The position numbers and the translations under genes were made by a program. Shown in pieces: positions 30,149-39,604 of a DNA stretch of 64,000 nucleotides (its first letter is position 1; each line of letters opens with the position of its first letter). The notes beneath the pieces were generated by a model that was given only the letters and a program-made list of their open reading frames with translations, did not search any database and had not been told where the DNA came from. Location of the stretch: IMG/VR virus record IMGVR_UViG_3300033064_000910, positions 1 to 64,000 of that record; one strand, 5' to 3'. The DNA comes from a virus (lineage: Duplodnaviria; Caudoviricetes).

Positions 30149-30535
30149 TTATAATATTTCTGCTATTTTTCCTTTTATTTCAAAATCATTTACACTAACT
30201 TCACCAGGTAATCTAGTTACATCAGAAACAAATGTTATAACAATATTATTACCACTAATTACAACATTGTATTTATCCTGTGGTTGCTTTATCCCAAATA
30301 AATATACATCTACATAATCTGATACATCATCTAATTCTAAAATATCGAAAATAAATTTTTTATTTATCAAAGTTAAAATAATTAATCTACCATCTTCGTT
30401 TAATTCAATAGTTGATGGGATATAGTTATAAATAAATGTATCAGTATTTACCTGTAATACAAATTGTTTAAATCCCAATCTATCTCTTAATTTTTGAGTA
30501 GTATCTATGTTAATATTTGGTGTACTTCTTGCCAT
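30149..30535 (-). CDS. Small neck/tail-associated beta-domain protein (128 aa)
   Basis: VDVYLFG...YNVVISGNNIVITF...NDFEIKGKI resembles 30535..30897 and the C-terminal extension of the gp15-like protein. Confidence 0.65.
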   Translation of the reverse strand: MARSTPNINIDTTQKLRDRLGFKQFVLQVNTDTFIYNYIPSTIELNEDGRLIILTLINKKFIFDILELDDVSDYVDVYLFGIKQPQDKYNVVISGNNIVITFVSDVTRLPGEVSVNDFEIKGKIAEIL

Positions 30536-30897
30536 TATTGATTTCTAAATGTTTCTAAATCGCCGTTTATTTTAACCTCATCATTTTCATCCAAAGTATA
30601 AGGATTACCAAATCTATCAAATTCAGGAAAATTTACTTTTATAAATTTAATATAAAACGCATTTCCTTTATTTTCAACTATATAATCATTTTCAGATATA
30701 AATAACCCATTTATAAAAACATCGAATCTTGCAGATGGATTTCTTAAAGATTCTAGTTTTGAAAATAATGTCTTAACTCTAACATTTTCAATTTTATAAA
30801 TCCAATAGTAAGGGTGTGATAAATCGTGCGCAAATAATTCAAATTCATTTGGCTCATTTATTTCCTTCATTATATTTTTTAATTGTCTTATATTCAT
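30535..30897 (-). CDS. Small neck/tail-associated beta-domain protein (120 aa)
   Basis: FDVFINGLFISENDYIVE...YIKF...LDENDEVKINGDL; stop/start overlap with the next gene. Confidence 0.65.
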   Translation of the reverse strand: MNIRQLKNIMKEINEPNEFELFAHDLSHPYYWIYKIENVRVKTLFSKLESLRNPSARFDVFINGLFISENDYIVENKGNAFYIKFIKVNFPEFDRFGNPYTLDENDEVKINGDLETFRNQ

Positions 30898-30898
30898 G

Positions 30899-31957
30899 TT
30901 ATAATTCTTGGAATTTACCTGTTATTGCAATTTCATCATTAGCATCTAAAGGATATGTCAAACTAAAAACAAATACAATTTCATTAGTAGCCCCGTTGTA
31001 TGAATATGTATAATATGTAGGAGAAACAAAATCCCCATTAACATAAACTCTAAACCAATTATCGGTATCAAATACACCAACTAATTCCGATGGAAGTAGT
31101 GGTTTTTTAACATTAGTTAATTTAACAGTTGTTGCGTTTACAAAAGTTGCCATCTGAGAACTTCTTATTGCCACAAAATCTATAATTTGAGCATATTCAT
31201 TATACAATGAAGGTTGATTAAATAAATTACCAGTCAAATCAGTTTCAATACCAAACACAACTCTTTTTTTAGAACGTTCCTTTTTAACCACAGGATTTTC
31301 ATTAAACGTTTCAGGAAGAAGATATGCGTTTACTTGCATTGTAAACGTTGTTCTTATAATTCTTTCCGAACCCTGCCCTACTTCTTGTTGATTATCAAAT
31401 GAATTTATTCTAACTCTAAATTTATATTTTTCCTCACTACCCCAATATCTATCAGTAGCGTATTGAAATGCTTCTACAATTTTATTCATATGTTCGGTAA
31501 AAGAAGTCCATATCATAACTTCGTATGTCAAAGTTACATAATCTGGAATCTTTACACTATATAATTCCATAACAGGTTTTATATTATTTTGTAAAGTAAA
31601 TCTTTCATATCTATTTTTAGAAGAATATTGTTGAAATGCCGGTAATATTCCCGCATCTTTAAAATGTTGTAATGATTCATCTCTTTCAATAGAATTTCTT
31701 TTAAACATTACTAAAGGAATTTGAATTTTTCCTCTTTCATCTCTTAAATATCCATCTTTTCTAGCACCTTTCCATCTTTCAGCATTACCATAAATTAAAG
31801 GAACTTTTATTTTTTTCTCATGTTCTTCTACATCAGGAATAATAATTTCTGACATGTATTCCGCAATAGTAGTATCTATATCAATAAGTTTTACACCTTT
31901 GATATATTTTTTCTCAATAGAAAGTTGATTGGCTCTATTTGTATCTTTTTTTTCCAT
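30899..31957 (-). CDS. gp15: T4 gp15-like tail terminator / sheath stabiliser with C-terminal extension
   Basis: KVPLIYGNAERW, IPLVMFKR and PDYVTLTYEVMIWT...MNKIVE motifs; position after the gp13/gp14-like genes. Confidence 0.7.
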   Translation of the reverse strand: MEKKDTNRANQLSIEKKYIKGVKLIDIDTTIAEYMSEIIIPDVEEHEKKIKVPLIYGNAERWKGARKDGYLRDERGKIQIPLVMFKRNSIERDESLQHFKDAGILPAFQQYSSKNRYERFTLQNNIKPVMELYSVKIPDYVTLTYEVMIWTSFTEHMNKIVEAFQYATDRYWGSEEKYKFRVRINSFDNQQEVGQGSERIIRTTFTMQVNAYLLPETFNENPVVKKERSKKRVVFGIETDLTGNLFNQPSLYNEYAQIIDFVAIRSSQMATFVNATTVKLTNVKKPLLPSELVGVFDTDNWFRVYVNGDFVSPTYYTYSYNGATNEIVFVFSLTYPLDANDEIAITGKFQEL

Positions 31958-32412
31958 TATATTGTTCTCATTTCAGTTTGTATAGAACTACGTCTAGTCA
32001 TAAATGTTGAACAAATTAATGAAAATGTATTTCCGGTTTGTCCACCGATTAAAAAATCTTCTGTTACATTATCAATTTCAAAATATCCATCATTATGATA
32101 AATAATATCACCAATTTCAGGATAGAATCCTTTATCTTCTAAAGTAAATCTATTAAAACGAAATTGTACAGTTTGAGATGAATCTGCACCAAATCCTTCG
32201 TAATTAGATTGAGTATCTTCTCTTTGTATTATTGCGTTACATTCTACACCTTGATAATAAGTTTTATTTAATGATTCTCCATATAAATTTGTTTTAGAAT
32301 CTTCTATGACAAGTTTATATAATACCACAGCCGTTTCTATAACTGCATCTACTAATTCTCTGGATATTCCTTCAAAAAATTTAATATCTCTACTTAGTGC
32401 AAATCTTGCCAT
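31957..32412 (-). CDS. gp14: T4 gp14-like neck (head closure) protein
   Basis: FYPEIGDIIYHNDGYFEIDNVTE resembles the gp14 P.EGDLIY...FEI..VE motif; synteny. Confidence 0.65.
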   Translation of the reverse strand: MARFALSRDIKFFEGISRELVDAVIETAVVLYKLVIEDSKTNLYGESLNKTYYQGVECNAIIQREDTQSNYEGFGADSSQTVQFRFNRFTLEDKGFYPEIGDIIYHNDGYFEIDNVTEDFLIGGQTGNTFSLICSTFMTRRSSIQTEMRTI

Positions 32413-32414
32413 AA

Positions 32415-33581
32415 TTAACCTATATAAATTGGAAGTGGAACTTTTCGTAACATTTCTTGATGTTGATTAGCTTCCGTATTTCTGTTATCAAATTGCTTTG
32501 TTCTTCCCAATTCTTCCAATGTTTCTCTTAATTGAGTCATTAACGCTTCCTTTTCAGTTTGTGCCTCACTTCTCAATGCAGCTCCATCTAAACTAATTTC
32601 AGAACCAGGAATTGGAATTTGTGAATATTTTTCTCTAACAGCTCCTAACATTTCTTTAACTAATGCAAGGGTATATTTTCTAATCCACTGCTTACCCACA
32701 TCATTAATTCCACTATATTCCATAAAATCATAAGGAACATCAGAATAATCAGAAATTACATTTGCGGTTACTGTTGTTGAATTATTAGTAAAATCATCTT
32801 TTACAAAATAGTCAAAATATAATTTTCCATAAAGATTTACATTTTGAGAAGTTGGTACCGGAAATACTCTAATTTTACCATTTACAATATTAAAAGTAAA
32901 TGCGGATTTTCTGAATTGGTCATTAAATTCAATTGCTTGGATTCTTAAAATATCTTCAAACATTGGCATTAACACAAATTGTGCTGCCGGTGAATATGAA
33001 CCAAATCCAAATTCATCAATTAAGTTTAAAGTACCTTGTCCAGAAACCGAATAAGGGTCAAAGAATCTATTGATTGCAGGTGTTGGTTCTTGGAATACTC
33101 TTACTACCTCTATTCTTTTACTACTTTCAGAAACCGCAGACCATAGTGTATCTAAATTATATTCTTGTTGTCCTGGTACTAATTCAATAAATCCTTTTTT
33201 AATATCAGTATTACCCCCTACTCCAGCCAATGTCCCATATGCATCGGAAATTGAAATAAGAGTAGCAAGATTTGTACCATCAACTAATTTACTTGTTAGT
33301 GAAGTTGCTTTAGATTTTCCTCTTAGGCTATCTAAATTATTACGAATATTGAATTGATTTACTTGCGCTCCATATTCTGATACGGATTCTTCAAGACATG
33401 CATAGAAGTTTTCATCTATCAATTCTATGTTTTGTATAGGGTATCCTAATCTTCTAGCACACCATAGTGCTACTCTAGGAGCTTCTTCTTGAAAGATATA
33501 ATCATCATCGTATATTCCAAAGGGAGTTTGTCCCGGAAAGAACGAAGATGAACCAGGATATATTAATGTTTCTAATGCCAT
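32415..33581 (-). CDS. gp13: T4 gp13-like neck (head-tail adaptor) protein
   Basis: RRLGYPIQNIEL near the N-terminus; WIRKYTLALVKEMLGAVREKY..IPIPGSEISLDGAALRSEAQTEKEAL matches the gp13 C-terminal pattern. Confidence 0.8.
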   Translation of the reverse strand: MALETLIYPGSSSFFPGQTPFGIYDDDYIFQEEAPRVALWCARRLGYPIQNIELIDENFYACLEESVSEYGAQVNQFNIRNNLDSLRGKSKATSLTSKLVDGTNLATLISISDAYGTLAGVGGNTDIKKGFIELVPGQQEYNLDTLWSAVSESSKRIEVVRVFQEPTPAINRFFDPYSVSGQGTLNLIDEFGFGSYSPAAQFVLMPMFEDILRIQAIEFNDQFRKSAFTFNIVNGKIRVFPVPTSQNVNLYGKLYFDYFVKDDFTNNSTTVTANVISDYSDVPYDFMEYSGINDVGKQWIRKYTLALVKEMLGAVREKYSQIPIPGSEISLDGAALRSEAQTEKEALMTQLRETLEELGRTKQFDNRNTEANQHQEMLRKVPLPIYIG

Positions 33582-33658
33582 TATAAGTACTTTTTTTAAT
33601 CGTTACCTATAAATATTAAGAATCAAAAGAATAGTGTTTAGAATCGGATTATCTTAAA

Positions 33659-36600
33659 TTATGCGATTGAACCCGTCACTAACCATTTCCAATCAGAGCC
33701 ATCATACATATATAAATTTGTTTTACCATACGATGCTGATGCTACTAACATTCCAGCTTGTCCACTTGGGAAAGATGTTACCGGTGTTAGTTTAACAACA
33801 TTATTAATATTTAAACTACCTGTAATATTAACCGAACCAGTAAAATTAGATGAACCACTTACATATAATGCGTTTTGTGTACCACTACTTATAATTTGTA
33901 ATCTAGAACCATTATCAGTTGGAGATGTTAAGTTGGATATTGCAACATTACCCGGTGATGGGAATATTCTCATATAATTACCACCTATCTCATCACCAAA
34001 ATTTAATTGAGTACCTCTAACAGAACCAACATATAAAGTACCAGCAGAATATATATTTGCAAATCGAAATGATGGAGTACCAATTGTATATGTGTTATTT
34101 GATGATGGTGCTATTACTCCAGCGATTGTCAATGAACCAGTCATATTTACCGAACCAGTAAATGATGATGAACCACTTACTTGCAGTTTATCATTTCCGT
34201 TATCAATTGTCTGTCCTAATAATAAATCTCCGTATATTGCAGTTAATGTTGTTGATGAATTACCTAATACAGTAGTGTTTGAGCCTAAGCCTGTGGAGTT
34301 GTAGCCTATTACTATTTGATTGGTTTGAGCATTTGCCAAAGGCATAGCTAGTTGTCCAATCAAAATTGAGTTATCAATAGTAGTTAATGAGTTAGAAGTT
34401 GAACCACCAAAGTATCTGCCTGCCGTAGCACCAAAAGCAACATTATTTGAACCGCCTGAAACGCTTAAAAAAGTTTGAGAACCTAATGCAGCATTATTTG
34501 TACCTGTGCCTAGTAGTTGTAATGAATTATGTCCTACTGCAGTATTGGATACAGTAGTAGTATTTGCGGATAAAGCAAGTTGTCCAATTGCAATATTCAG
34601 ATTGCCTGTTGTATTATTTAGTCCTGCACTAGTACCCAAAAATACGTTATTAAAACCTGTTGTATTATCTCTACCAGCAGCTTGTCCAATGAAAGTATTT
34701 GACTGACCTGTTGTATTAGATTGTCCTGCAAGATACGAAACAAATGTATTATTTTGCCCTGTTGTATTTCTTCTACCTGCATTTTGTCCTATAAATGTAT
34801 TACTAATAATACTACTTGCTCTTATTCCTATACTTTCTGTACCAGCACTATTAGCAAAAATAGATGAAGCAGAACTTGTGCCAATAATCTTAATACTGAA
34901 TACAACAGTACCATCAAAGTCAGTCGTAGGTGTTATAGTTAAAACACTTGTTGTGGTTGCTAATGGACCTATATTTCCTGACGCATTAACACCACTTACA
35001 AAAGTAGGTCCGCCATAAGCAATGGATATAGAGCCTGCGGTTCTTCCTGTTATAGTATAAGTAACTTGATAGTAAGTTCCAATTACCGCTGCTAATGTTG
35101 TTGTTAAAGAAGTTGTTGAACCTGCCGTATGCGTATAACCACCTACGTTTAAGTTAGTACCTGCTAATGTCCAATTCGTACCTGTTCCTGTTACCGCAGC
35201 TAACTCTGAACCTAATGGTGCAGTATCTGAAGCAGTAGTTCCTGTGAAACGAGTTAATCCAAAGGTAGTTAATGACCCACTTATATTTACCGAACCAGTT
35301 ATAGTTTGATTACCATAGAAAGTATTTGCCGATTCCGTTTGTGCGAATAAATTATAGTTTTGTATTTGTGCTGACGAACTTACTAATCCAACTGCTTTTA
35401 ATGATGCCGTATATGCTTCAATACCATTTACCTCACCTATTATAGAACCAGTGAAAGTATTTAAAGATGCGGTTGTTTGTAGTATTCTATTTCCAACACT
35501 ATCGTTTAATGATGTGTAAGTATTTAAAGATGATGTTGTTACAAATGTTGTTGGAACAAATGCCGTTGTTTGTACCGTTTCATCGGCGAATCCAATTGCT
35601 AATGTATTAATACCAATTTCCCTAGTTAATGGCTTTTGAAATTCTATATCCAAACTAAGTTGAGGTCCTCCATTATAAGAAGAATGCTGAAACGCCTCAG
35701 TTCTTTTATTTACGAATACACCACCTTGTTCTACAGTGTTTGATATGGTTTCGGAACCTTGAGTACTTGTATCACCACCAATACTTAAAGTACCACTTAC
35801 GTTTAATGAACCTGTTATTGTTTGATTTCCTATAAATGTATTTGAACCAATGAAATTTGCAGGTCCGATATTTGTGAAAGTACCCGATGATGATACTGTT
35901 AATGAACCAATAATAGTTGTTGAGCCACTTATATTAACTGAACCAGTAAATTCTTGCTTATCACTACTTGCATCACCAAATTTGTTACTTCCACTTGAGT
36001 AAATGATTGAGGACGAAATAAAAGTTACAAATAATTCACTTGTTTGAATTTTACCATTAACATTTAAATTCCCACTTATAGTTTCATTTCCGGTTACCGT
36101 TAAAGTAGTACCATCAAATTTAAGATTACTTTCAACCGTTGCGTTTGGTGCTGACCCATTTAAAGTTAATATACCATTATCAGTTGTACCACTTATAGAT
36201 AATGCTCCACTAGTCCCAGAAGTTCCAGAAGTTCCTGATGTACCACTACTTCCGCTTGTGCCAGAAGAACCCGATGTACCACTACTTCCACTTGAACCAG
36301 ACGTTCCTGATGTTCCACTACTTCCACTAGTCCCAGAAGAACCTGATGTACCACTACTTCCACTAGTCCCAGAAGAACCCGATGTACCACTACTTCCAAA
36401 GAAAGTTCCATTTACACCACTAGTCCCACTTGTTCCAGAAGTTCCCGATGTTCCATTTACTCCGCTTGTTCCAGAAGTTCCTGAAGTACCAGTATCAAAA
36501 CCTCTCGGTCCTGTTGGTCCTTGAACTCCTGCCGTTGCTATTACTATTTCCGGTCTTGAAGTTTGGACAGTTATTTCCGTTATCGCAGTTTCAATTGCAA

Positions 36601-36661
36601 CATTGGTTTTTGGTACTTCAACTTGGACAGTTGTTATATCTTTGTTTATCTGTATTGACAT
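33659..36661 (-). CDS. Fibre/adhesin-like protein (1000 aa): short collagen segment, (GTS)n tract, YadA-head-like NTFIG repeats
   Basis: GVQGPTGPRG; GTSGTSG tract at about 36200-36490; ISSSIIYSSGSNKFGD module; 14-aa repeats NTFIGQNAGRRNTTG / NTFVSYLAGQSNTTG / NVFLGTSAGLNNTTG. Confidence 0.75.
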   Translation of the reverse strand: MSIQINKDITTVQVEVPKTNVAIETAITEITVQTSRPEIVIATAGVQGPTGPRGFDTGTSGTSGTSGVNGTSGTSGTSGTSGVNGTFFGSSGTSGSSGTSGSSGTSGSSGTSGSSGTSGTSGSSGSSGTSGSSGTSGSSGTSGTSGTSGTSGALSISGTTDNGILTLNGSAPNATVESNLKFDGTTLTVTGNETISGNLNVNGKIQTSELFVTFISSSIIYSSGSNKFGDASSDKQEFTGSVNISGSTTIIGSLTVSSSGTFTNIGPANFIGSNTFIGNQTITGSLNVSGTLSIGGDTSTQGSETISNTVEQGGVFVNKRTEAFQHSSYNGGPQLSLDIEFQKPLTREIGINTLAIGFADETVQTTAFVPTTFVTTSSLNTYTSLNDSVGNRILQTTASLNTFTGSIIGEVNGIEAYTASLKAVGLVSSSAQIQNYNLFAQTESANTFYGNQTITGSVNISGSLTTFGLTRFTGTTASDTAPLGSELAAVTGTGTNWTLAGTNLNVGGYTHTAGSTTSLTTTLAAVIGTYYQVTYTITGRTAGSISIAYGGPTFVSGVNASGNIGPLATTTSVLTITPTTDFDGTVVFSIKIIGTSSASSIFANSAGTESIGIRASSIISNTFIGQNAGRRNTTGQNNTFVSYLAGQSNTTGQSNTFIGQAAGRDNTTGFNNVFLGTSAGLNNTTGNLNIAIGQLALSANTTTVSNTAVGHNSLQLLGTGTNNAALGSQTFLSVSGGSNNVAFGATAGRYFGGSTSNSLTTIDNSILIGQLAMPLANAQTNQIVIGYNSTGLGSNTTVLGNSSTTLTAIYGDLLLGQTIDNGNDKLQVSGSSSFTGSVNMTGSLTIAGVIAPSSNNTYTIGTPSFRFANIYSAGTLYVGSVRGTQLNFGDEIGGNYMRIFPSPGNVAISNLTSPTDNGSRLQIISSGTQNALYVSGSSNFTGSVNITGSLNINNVVKLTPVTSFPSGQAGMLVASASYGKTNLYMYDGSDWKWLVTGSIA

Positions 36662-36662
36662 C

Positions 36663-37043
36663 CTATCGAGTTACGTTTTTAGATAACTTAACTTTACCTT
36701 CTAATAATCTCGTAACTTCATTTCCTTTTATCAATTCTATATCGTAAAATGCTTCACCAAAATTTAATACTGACGAAGATACTGCAGAAATATATACTCC
36801 AATCGAACCACTTGCCAATGGAGTTATGAAATTAGAACCACTTAAATTGATTCCAGTATTATCGGACTTTAAAGATGATGATAGTGAAAGAAAGACATCG
36901 GATGATTCAACACCCGGTCTGATTTGCATTCTTGCATGATAACCACTCAAATCAACTGCTGAACCTGATTCATCGTTCCAATTGATTTGAAAATTTGTTG
37001 TTGCTCCTTGCTCTATTATAAAAGAGTATTTTCCTGCTGCCAT
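36663..37043 (-). CDS. Conserved phage structural protein (BppU-like Ig fold), possible fibre attachment
   Basis: IEQGATTNF...VDLSGYHARMQIR...YDIELI...RLLEGKVKLSKNVTR pattern, common in genes that precede phage fibre genes. Confidence 0.6.
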   Translation of the reverse strand: MAAGKYSFIIEQGATTNFQINWNDESGSAVDLSGYHARMQIRPGVESSDVFLSLSSSLKSDNTGINLSGSNFITPLASGSIGVYISAVSSSVLNFGEAFYDIELIKGNEVTRLLEGKVKLSKNVTR

Positions 37044-37095
37044 ATATGAAATAGTTTAATACTCTTATAAATATTAAAATGTTGGAAAGGGGTAA

Positions 37096-37130
37096 AAATA
37101 AAAAAGGAGATAGTATTAGTATCTCCTTTT
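37096..37130 (-). terminator. Rho-independent terminator
   Basis: Perfect inverted repeat AAAAGGAGATA (37102-37112) / TATCTCCTTTT (37120-37130), 7-nt loop, T-run on the minus strand, after 37152..37691. Confidence 0.85.
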
Positions 37131-37151
37131 ATGTATAATTTGTGAAAGTTA

Positions 37152-37691
37152 TTAATTACTTGCGAATATACCAGATTGTGCAATACCATACCAAGTTGTA
37201 ATACCATCAGATACCAATGTGATAGTATCTCCTAATACATTTGTTGCTGAAGTATTTTTAATACCAGTGTCAGCTGCTACACTTACACTTGCTCCTGCAT
37301 TAGCTGCTTTACAATTAATAGTATTTCCAGCTATTCCCAAAATTTTAATTTCCCCACCTGCATTTCCACAAATAAATGTGTATTGAAGTCCTGCAGTTGA
37401 TGCTGCTGGTAATGTGAATGTTTGTGTTGCTGAAGCTTTAGTAGCTATAAATACTTTACCATTAATAGCTGCCGATACTGCTACTGTTGCATCCACATCT
37501 GCATATATTGGTCTAACTGGATTTTGTGCATCAGTTGCAAATGTTGCATCAATTACTGCGGTTAATGTTGTAGTATGGTTAATCATAGCTGGAGTTGTAC
37601 CACTATTTGTTCTTGCTGCAGATTCTCCGTATTTATCCATATACGCTTGTTGTTGAACGGTTGGCGTTGGAGTTCCTTTTCTTTGTCCCAT
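37152..37691 (-). CDS. Putative capsid decoration / head fibre protein (179 aa, MGQRK N-terminus)
   Basis: Beta-rich C-terminal domain TFTLPAASTAGLQYTFIC...GDTITLVSDGITTWY; lies in the cluster downstream of the major capsid gene. Confidence 0.55.
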   Translation of the reverse strand: MGQRKGTPTPTVQQQAYMDKYGESAARTNSGTTPAMINHTTTLTAVIDATFATDAQNPVRPIYADVDATVAVSAAINGKVFIATKASATQTFTLPAASTAGLQYTFICGNAGGEIKILGIAGNTINCKAANAGASVSVAADTGIKNTSATNVLGDTITLVSDGITTWYGIAQSGIFASN

Positions 37692-37773
37692 TTTATTTTT
37701 TATTTAGTTTTTTATAATATAACGATATATGAATAAATATCAAAGCTTTTATAAAAAATAATTTATTTACTTT

Positions 37774-38148
37774 TTAGTATGAATTGTTATCTGCCCACAT
37801 TACTGCTTCGTTAAAAGTTGAACCAGTTGATAATGCGTAATTTAATTGATATTTTTTATATAACTCTGGATTTAATCTTCTATCATATAATCCTATAATT
37901 TCGGATATATCCAATGAAGATGAACCCGCTGCTTTTAATTGTTCCTTTAATGAATTTGAATTGCGGACTGCAGTATTAGAAATAAAAGTATTATTAACTG
38001 AATCAAAAGAAGCGCTAGAATAAATTTCTCTTTCTAATGAAGCAGATTGAATAGTATTACCATACACTTTACTACCAACTGTTGTATAGTTTACATACTG
38101 TGCTACATTTTTAGCTTGTAATATTTGATGTGTTGGTTGCTTGCTCAT
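37774..38148 (-). CDS. Hypothetical protein (124 aa from ATG 38148)
   Basis: ATG at 38148 (MSKQPTHQ) sits 3 nt after the upstream stop and is preferred to the TTG at 38184 in the ORF track. Confidence 0.6.
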   Translation of the reverse strand: MSKQPTHQILQAKNVAQYVNYTTVGSKVYGNTIQSASLEREIYSSASFDSVNNTFISNTAVRNSNSLKEQLKAAGSSSLDISEIIGLYDRRLNPELYKKYQLNYALSTGSTFNEAVMWADNNSY

Positions 38149-38150
38149 TA

Positions 38151-38624
38151 TTATTGATTTTTTGGAGATACACCACCAACCCAACCAACTTTAGTTGTAT
38201 TGTTTGGATATCTTAATTCGTTTGCTTGCTTAGATGAACTAATTAATACACCATTATCATATAGAGGTGCGTTATATGCAGCTGACCCAGAGTTTGTTTC
38301 AAATGGATATTGTACATATAATCCTATTGGTCTTTGTACAGTTGTTGATGGATATCCGTAAGTAGTTCCTTTATTAGTTCTATTTGTATTGGTTGGATAT
38401 TTTGTTGCAAATGCCATAGATTCACTAACATTTGTAGTAGAATCATTACCATTACGAGTTGCTGAACTTAATTGATAACTTCCATTAACTATACTATGAT
38501 AATTTGTACCATTTCGTTTATTATCAGTTGTTGGATATTGAGCCATACTAGCTGAAGCTTGCAAACTATATCCAAAACTTGGTGACCATGTACCTGTTTG
38601 TATGGTTGTTTTCTTTTGTCCCAT
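38151..38624 (-). CDS. Small virion-associated protein (157 aa), MGQKK...YPNNTTKVGWVGGVSPK
   Basis: Shares N- and C-terminal motifs, and a DNA-level repeat, with 38631..38834. Confidence 0.7.
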   Translation of the reverse strand: MGQKKTTIQTGTWSPSFGYSLQASASMAQYPTTDNKRNGTNYHSIVNGSYQLSSATRNGNDSTTNVSESMAFATKYPTNTNRTNKGTTYGYPSTTVQRPIGLYVQYPFETNSGSAAYNAPLYDNGVLISSSKQANELRYPNNTTKVGWVGGVSPKNQ

Positions 38625-38630
38625 TTTTAA

Positions 38631-38834
38631 TTACTTTTGTTTTGGAGATACACCATTAGCCCAACCAGCTTTAGTTGTGTTATTTGGATATTTTGCTGCA
38701 ATTGCATTTGGTTGTGTTATTGCTGCAGTTCTTGCGAATCTTAAAGTTGATGCGGTTGTTGCTCCAGATAGATATGTTGTACCTAAATCTCTATTAGTTA
38801 AACCAGCTACTCTTGCTACTTTTGCTTGTCCCAT
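38631..38834 (-). CDS. Small virion-associated protein (67 aa), MGQAK...YPNNTTKAGWANGVSPK
   Basis: Paralogous termini with 38151..38624; TATTTATA motif upstream at 38878. Confidence 0.7.
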   Translation of the reverse strand: MGQAKVARVAGLTNRDLGTTYLSGATTASTLRFARTAAITQPNAIAAKYPNNTTKAGWANGVSPKQK

Positions 38835-38905
38835 TTTATTTTCTTATTTATTTTTATTAAACTATAACCAATACATCTATAAATATAAGAATGTTTAAGA
38901 AACCT

Positions 38906-39469
38906 TTACTTTGCTTTTAAAAATCTACCATTCTCATCTTTCTTCAAATTTCTACTCTTTAACCACATTCTCCTTTCCTCATATAATCTCTCACCTTCTA
39001 CATCACCATTTCTTTCCTTATACCAATCTAATGTGAAACGGCCTTTGGCTCTTTCTTTTAGTTTATCCCTTGATTCATCGGAGTGTGTCTTTCCGTACAT
39101 ACCATTATTTTTGCCTGTACTGATTTTTTTCATATGAGATATCCATTCCATATATTCTTTAGTATCTCGTCTATCTACCCATATATCTCCACCTCCGCCG
39201 GTATAGGTATCGTTGTACCCTTTTCTAACTGAATTATGTGCTTTGATTAATTCTTCTTCTAACATTTGCGCTTTTTCGGTTTCAACTTCGCAAATAATTT
39301 CTTTTGTCATATTATCCCACCCATACTTTCTAATAGCTTTATATAATGAGTTTTTCATTTTCTTTGTTAGAGCACAATGCTTATGCTCGGCCATTCTACC
39401 ATTAAAATTGTTTGTTCTACCAATATATACCTTTCCTCTTGGTGAACTAATTTTGTAAATTACATCCAT
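38906..39469 (-). CDS. Free-standing GIY-YIG homing endonuclease with NUMOD3 motif
   Basis: VIYKISSPRGKVYIGRT...RMAEH...E (GIY-YIG); MYGKTHSDESRDKLKE (NUMOD3). Confidence 0.9.
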   Translation of the reverse strand: MDVIYKISSPRGKVYIGRTNNFNGRMAEHKHCALTKKMKNSLYKAIRKYGWDNMTKEIICEVETEKAQMLEEELIKAHNSVRKGYNDTYTGGGGDIWVDRRDTKEYMEWISHMKKISTGKNNGMYGKTHSDESRDKLKERAKGRFTLDWYKERNGDVEGERLYEERRMWLKSRNLKKDENGRFLKAK

Positions 39470-39512
39470 AAAACTTCTTTTATATAAATATCAAAGTTTT
39501 ACCGAAAGGAGC

Positions 39513-39543
39513 AAAAAAAAAGGGGAAGAATTTCTTCTCCCCC
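39513..39543 (-). terminator. Rho-independent terminator after the major capsid gene
   Basis: Minus strand reads GGGGGAGAAGAAATTCTTCCCC followed by nine T. Confidence 0.85.
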
Positions 39544-39604
39544 AATTTTATAGATTATATCTAAGATTATTAGAATTATCTAATCATTAATTCAATTGAT
39601 ATCC

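Noticed and set aside
37774-38184. ORF-track starts at TTG codons (38184, 43884, 58051)
   Set aside because: Nearby in-frame ATGs (38148, 43878, 58042) fit gene packing and promoter position better.
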